Shown here one piece after another: positions 62,960-64,000 of a stretch of 64,000 nt of DNA; position 1 is the first letter of the stretch; each line of letters opens with the position of its first letter. The position numbers and the translations under genes were made by a program. The stretch comes from Candidatus Latescibacterota bacterium (GTDB lineage Bacteria > Latescibacterota > UBA2968). The notes under the pieces are model-generated. The model did not search any database, was not told the origin of the DNA, and worked only from the letters and a program-made list of their open reading frames with translations. The DNA is taken from positions 1,440,001-1,504,000 of the forward strand of contig OZ220741.1 of assembly GCA_965116885.1 (NCBI GenBank). Reading direction: 5' to 3'.

Positions 62960-64000
62960 GGTGTGATCTCCTTTGTGATGGGTTGGCTGCCTCCCCAACT
63001 GCTGATGAGGGCAGAGAATAAGCCCGCGTCTCCGCCCGCGCGGACGATGTGCAATGTGTTGTTGCGAAATTTGGGTAGTATTTCGTTGTCTTTTGTCCGC
63101 TGTTCGGAAATGCCTTCCGGGATGCCGCCCGCGCCTTCGAGGAGTTCTGCGACGGGGAGTTGGAGATACTGATTTAGTGTGTCGCGGAATCGGGTTTTTG
63201 ACCAGCCTGCGTCTGCATAGCGGCGGGTGTGTTCTGGCGATATGACCAGTACGGGGGGCGGGCTGTTTGCGTGTTTGGGATGGCCAGCGGCTTTGAGGCA
63301 GGCGGCGAAGGATCGGCACAGGGCGTCGGGATCTCGGGATGCCTGGTCCATGATGGGGGTGACGCCGCTGGCTGCAAAGAGGGAGACTGTGGATACGTCG
63401 GGTGAAAATTCCCTTTCGACGGCGAGGGATTCCCAGGGGGAATCGTCTTCGCGTTCGGCAAAGCAGAAGGTGTATTTGCCCGGGTTGCCGAGCGTGGCGC
63501 GGTCAATGCCACCGGGGATGCCGCCGCCGATGTTGCGGATGACGAGTTGAAGGGCGCGTCCGATGGTCGCGTTGGCGCGGTTGCCCTGCCCGAGCGCGTT
63601 GACCCGTGCGTTCATGCCGATTTCGCGTGTGATCGGTCCGTTGACGACGATCATGGGTCCTGCAAAAAATGTCGTGGCGAGCAGTCCGTGCATGCAAAAG
63701 GCTTCTGTGAGTGCGGTTTCAACCGCTGCGAGTACGACGGGGAGGTACTCGGGTTTGCATCCGGCGAGTACGGCGTTGATGGCGACTTTTTCTACGGTGC
63801 ATTTGTTGTAATTGGGAGGGACGATGCCCACCAATTCGTCGGGGGAGCGGGTTGTTCCCGATAGCATGCGCAATACGCGTTCTTCGGTGGGCGGGACGAC
63901 GGGCAGGCCGTCGCTCCAGTCGCGTGCAAAACAGGTTTCTATTTCGTCTTCGAGAGATCCGACTTCAATGCGTCGGGCTGTGAGTACGGTTTCGCCAAAT
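62956..64000 (-). CDS. Conserved protein usually adjacent to UGSC proteins (5'-truncated)
   Basis: WSDGLPVVPPTEERV, KVAINAVLAGC, GNRANATIGRAL; frame is open to the window end. Confidence 0.75.
   Translation of the reverse strand, partial: FGETVLTARRIEVGSLEDEIETCFARDWSDGLPVVPPTEERVLRMLSGTTRSPDELVGIVPPNYNKCTVEKVAINAVLAGCKPEYLPVVLAAVETALTEAFCMHGLLATTFFAGPMIVVNGPITREIGMNARVNALGQGNRANATIGRALQLVIRNIGGGIPGGIDRATLGNPGKYTFCFAEREDDSPWESLAVEREFSPDVSTVSLFAASGVTPIMDQASRDPDALCRSFAACLKAAGHPKHANSPPPVLVISPEHTRRYADAGWSKTRFRDTLNQYLQLPVAELLEGAGGIPEGISEQRTKDNEILPKFRNNTLHIVRAGGDAGLFSALISSWGGSQPITKEITP

Noticed and set aside
62687..63319. 210-aa ORF and separate 71-aa ORF (62450..62665) as listed in the track
   Set aside because: The true start is ATG 62959, and the two pieces join through a Sec UGA codon.

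Overview
Bacterial chromosomal window. DUF2723, DUF6785-like, FlgD/T9SS-like C-terminal and EF-hand/dockerin-like proteins suggest an FCB-group organism such as Latescibacterota or Gemmatimonadota (inference only). Housekeeping flanks lie on the left (DUF2723, rhomboid, M23 peptidase, PpiD/SurA, nadE) and the right (complete F1Fo atp operon, catabolic genes, a 2071-aa autotransporter adhesin, msrB, a UGA-recoded UGSC selenoprotein). They enclose a visibly AT-richer accessory region of about 8.0-39.7 kb. Its core is a co-oriented minus-strand cluster of about 16 kb (29294->13597) behind a consensus sigma-54 promoter. The cluster encodes a radical SAM/SPASM maturase, a 78-aa precursor peptide with three tandem CxxHDCxxD motifs, an ABC exporter fused to an M1-type pseudo-peptidase, a fused two-domain glycosyltransferase, a ComQ-like isoprenoid-synthase-fold protein, an RRE-bearing M50 membrane protease, a GT4, and WecB plus a UDP-HexNAc dehydrogenase. 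This is a candidate new RiPP class (a glycosylated and/or prenylated thioether peptide). The cluster is bracketed by two copies of a regulatory module (FixL-like PAS kinase, NtrC-type activator, sigma-54 promoter, small ORF). The two copies are near-identical except for the HTH domain and the adjacent putative enhancer, and the cluster-proximal kinase is reduced to a PAS-only protein. A 40-bp imperfect direct repeat (7992/34098) flanks the whole 26-kb block.
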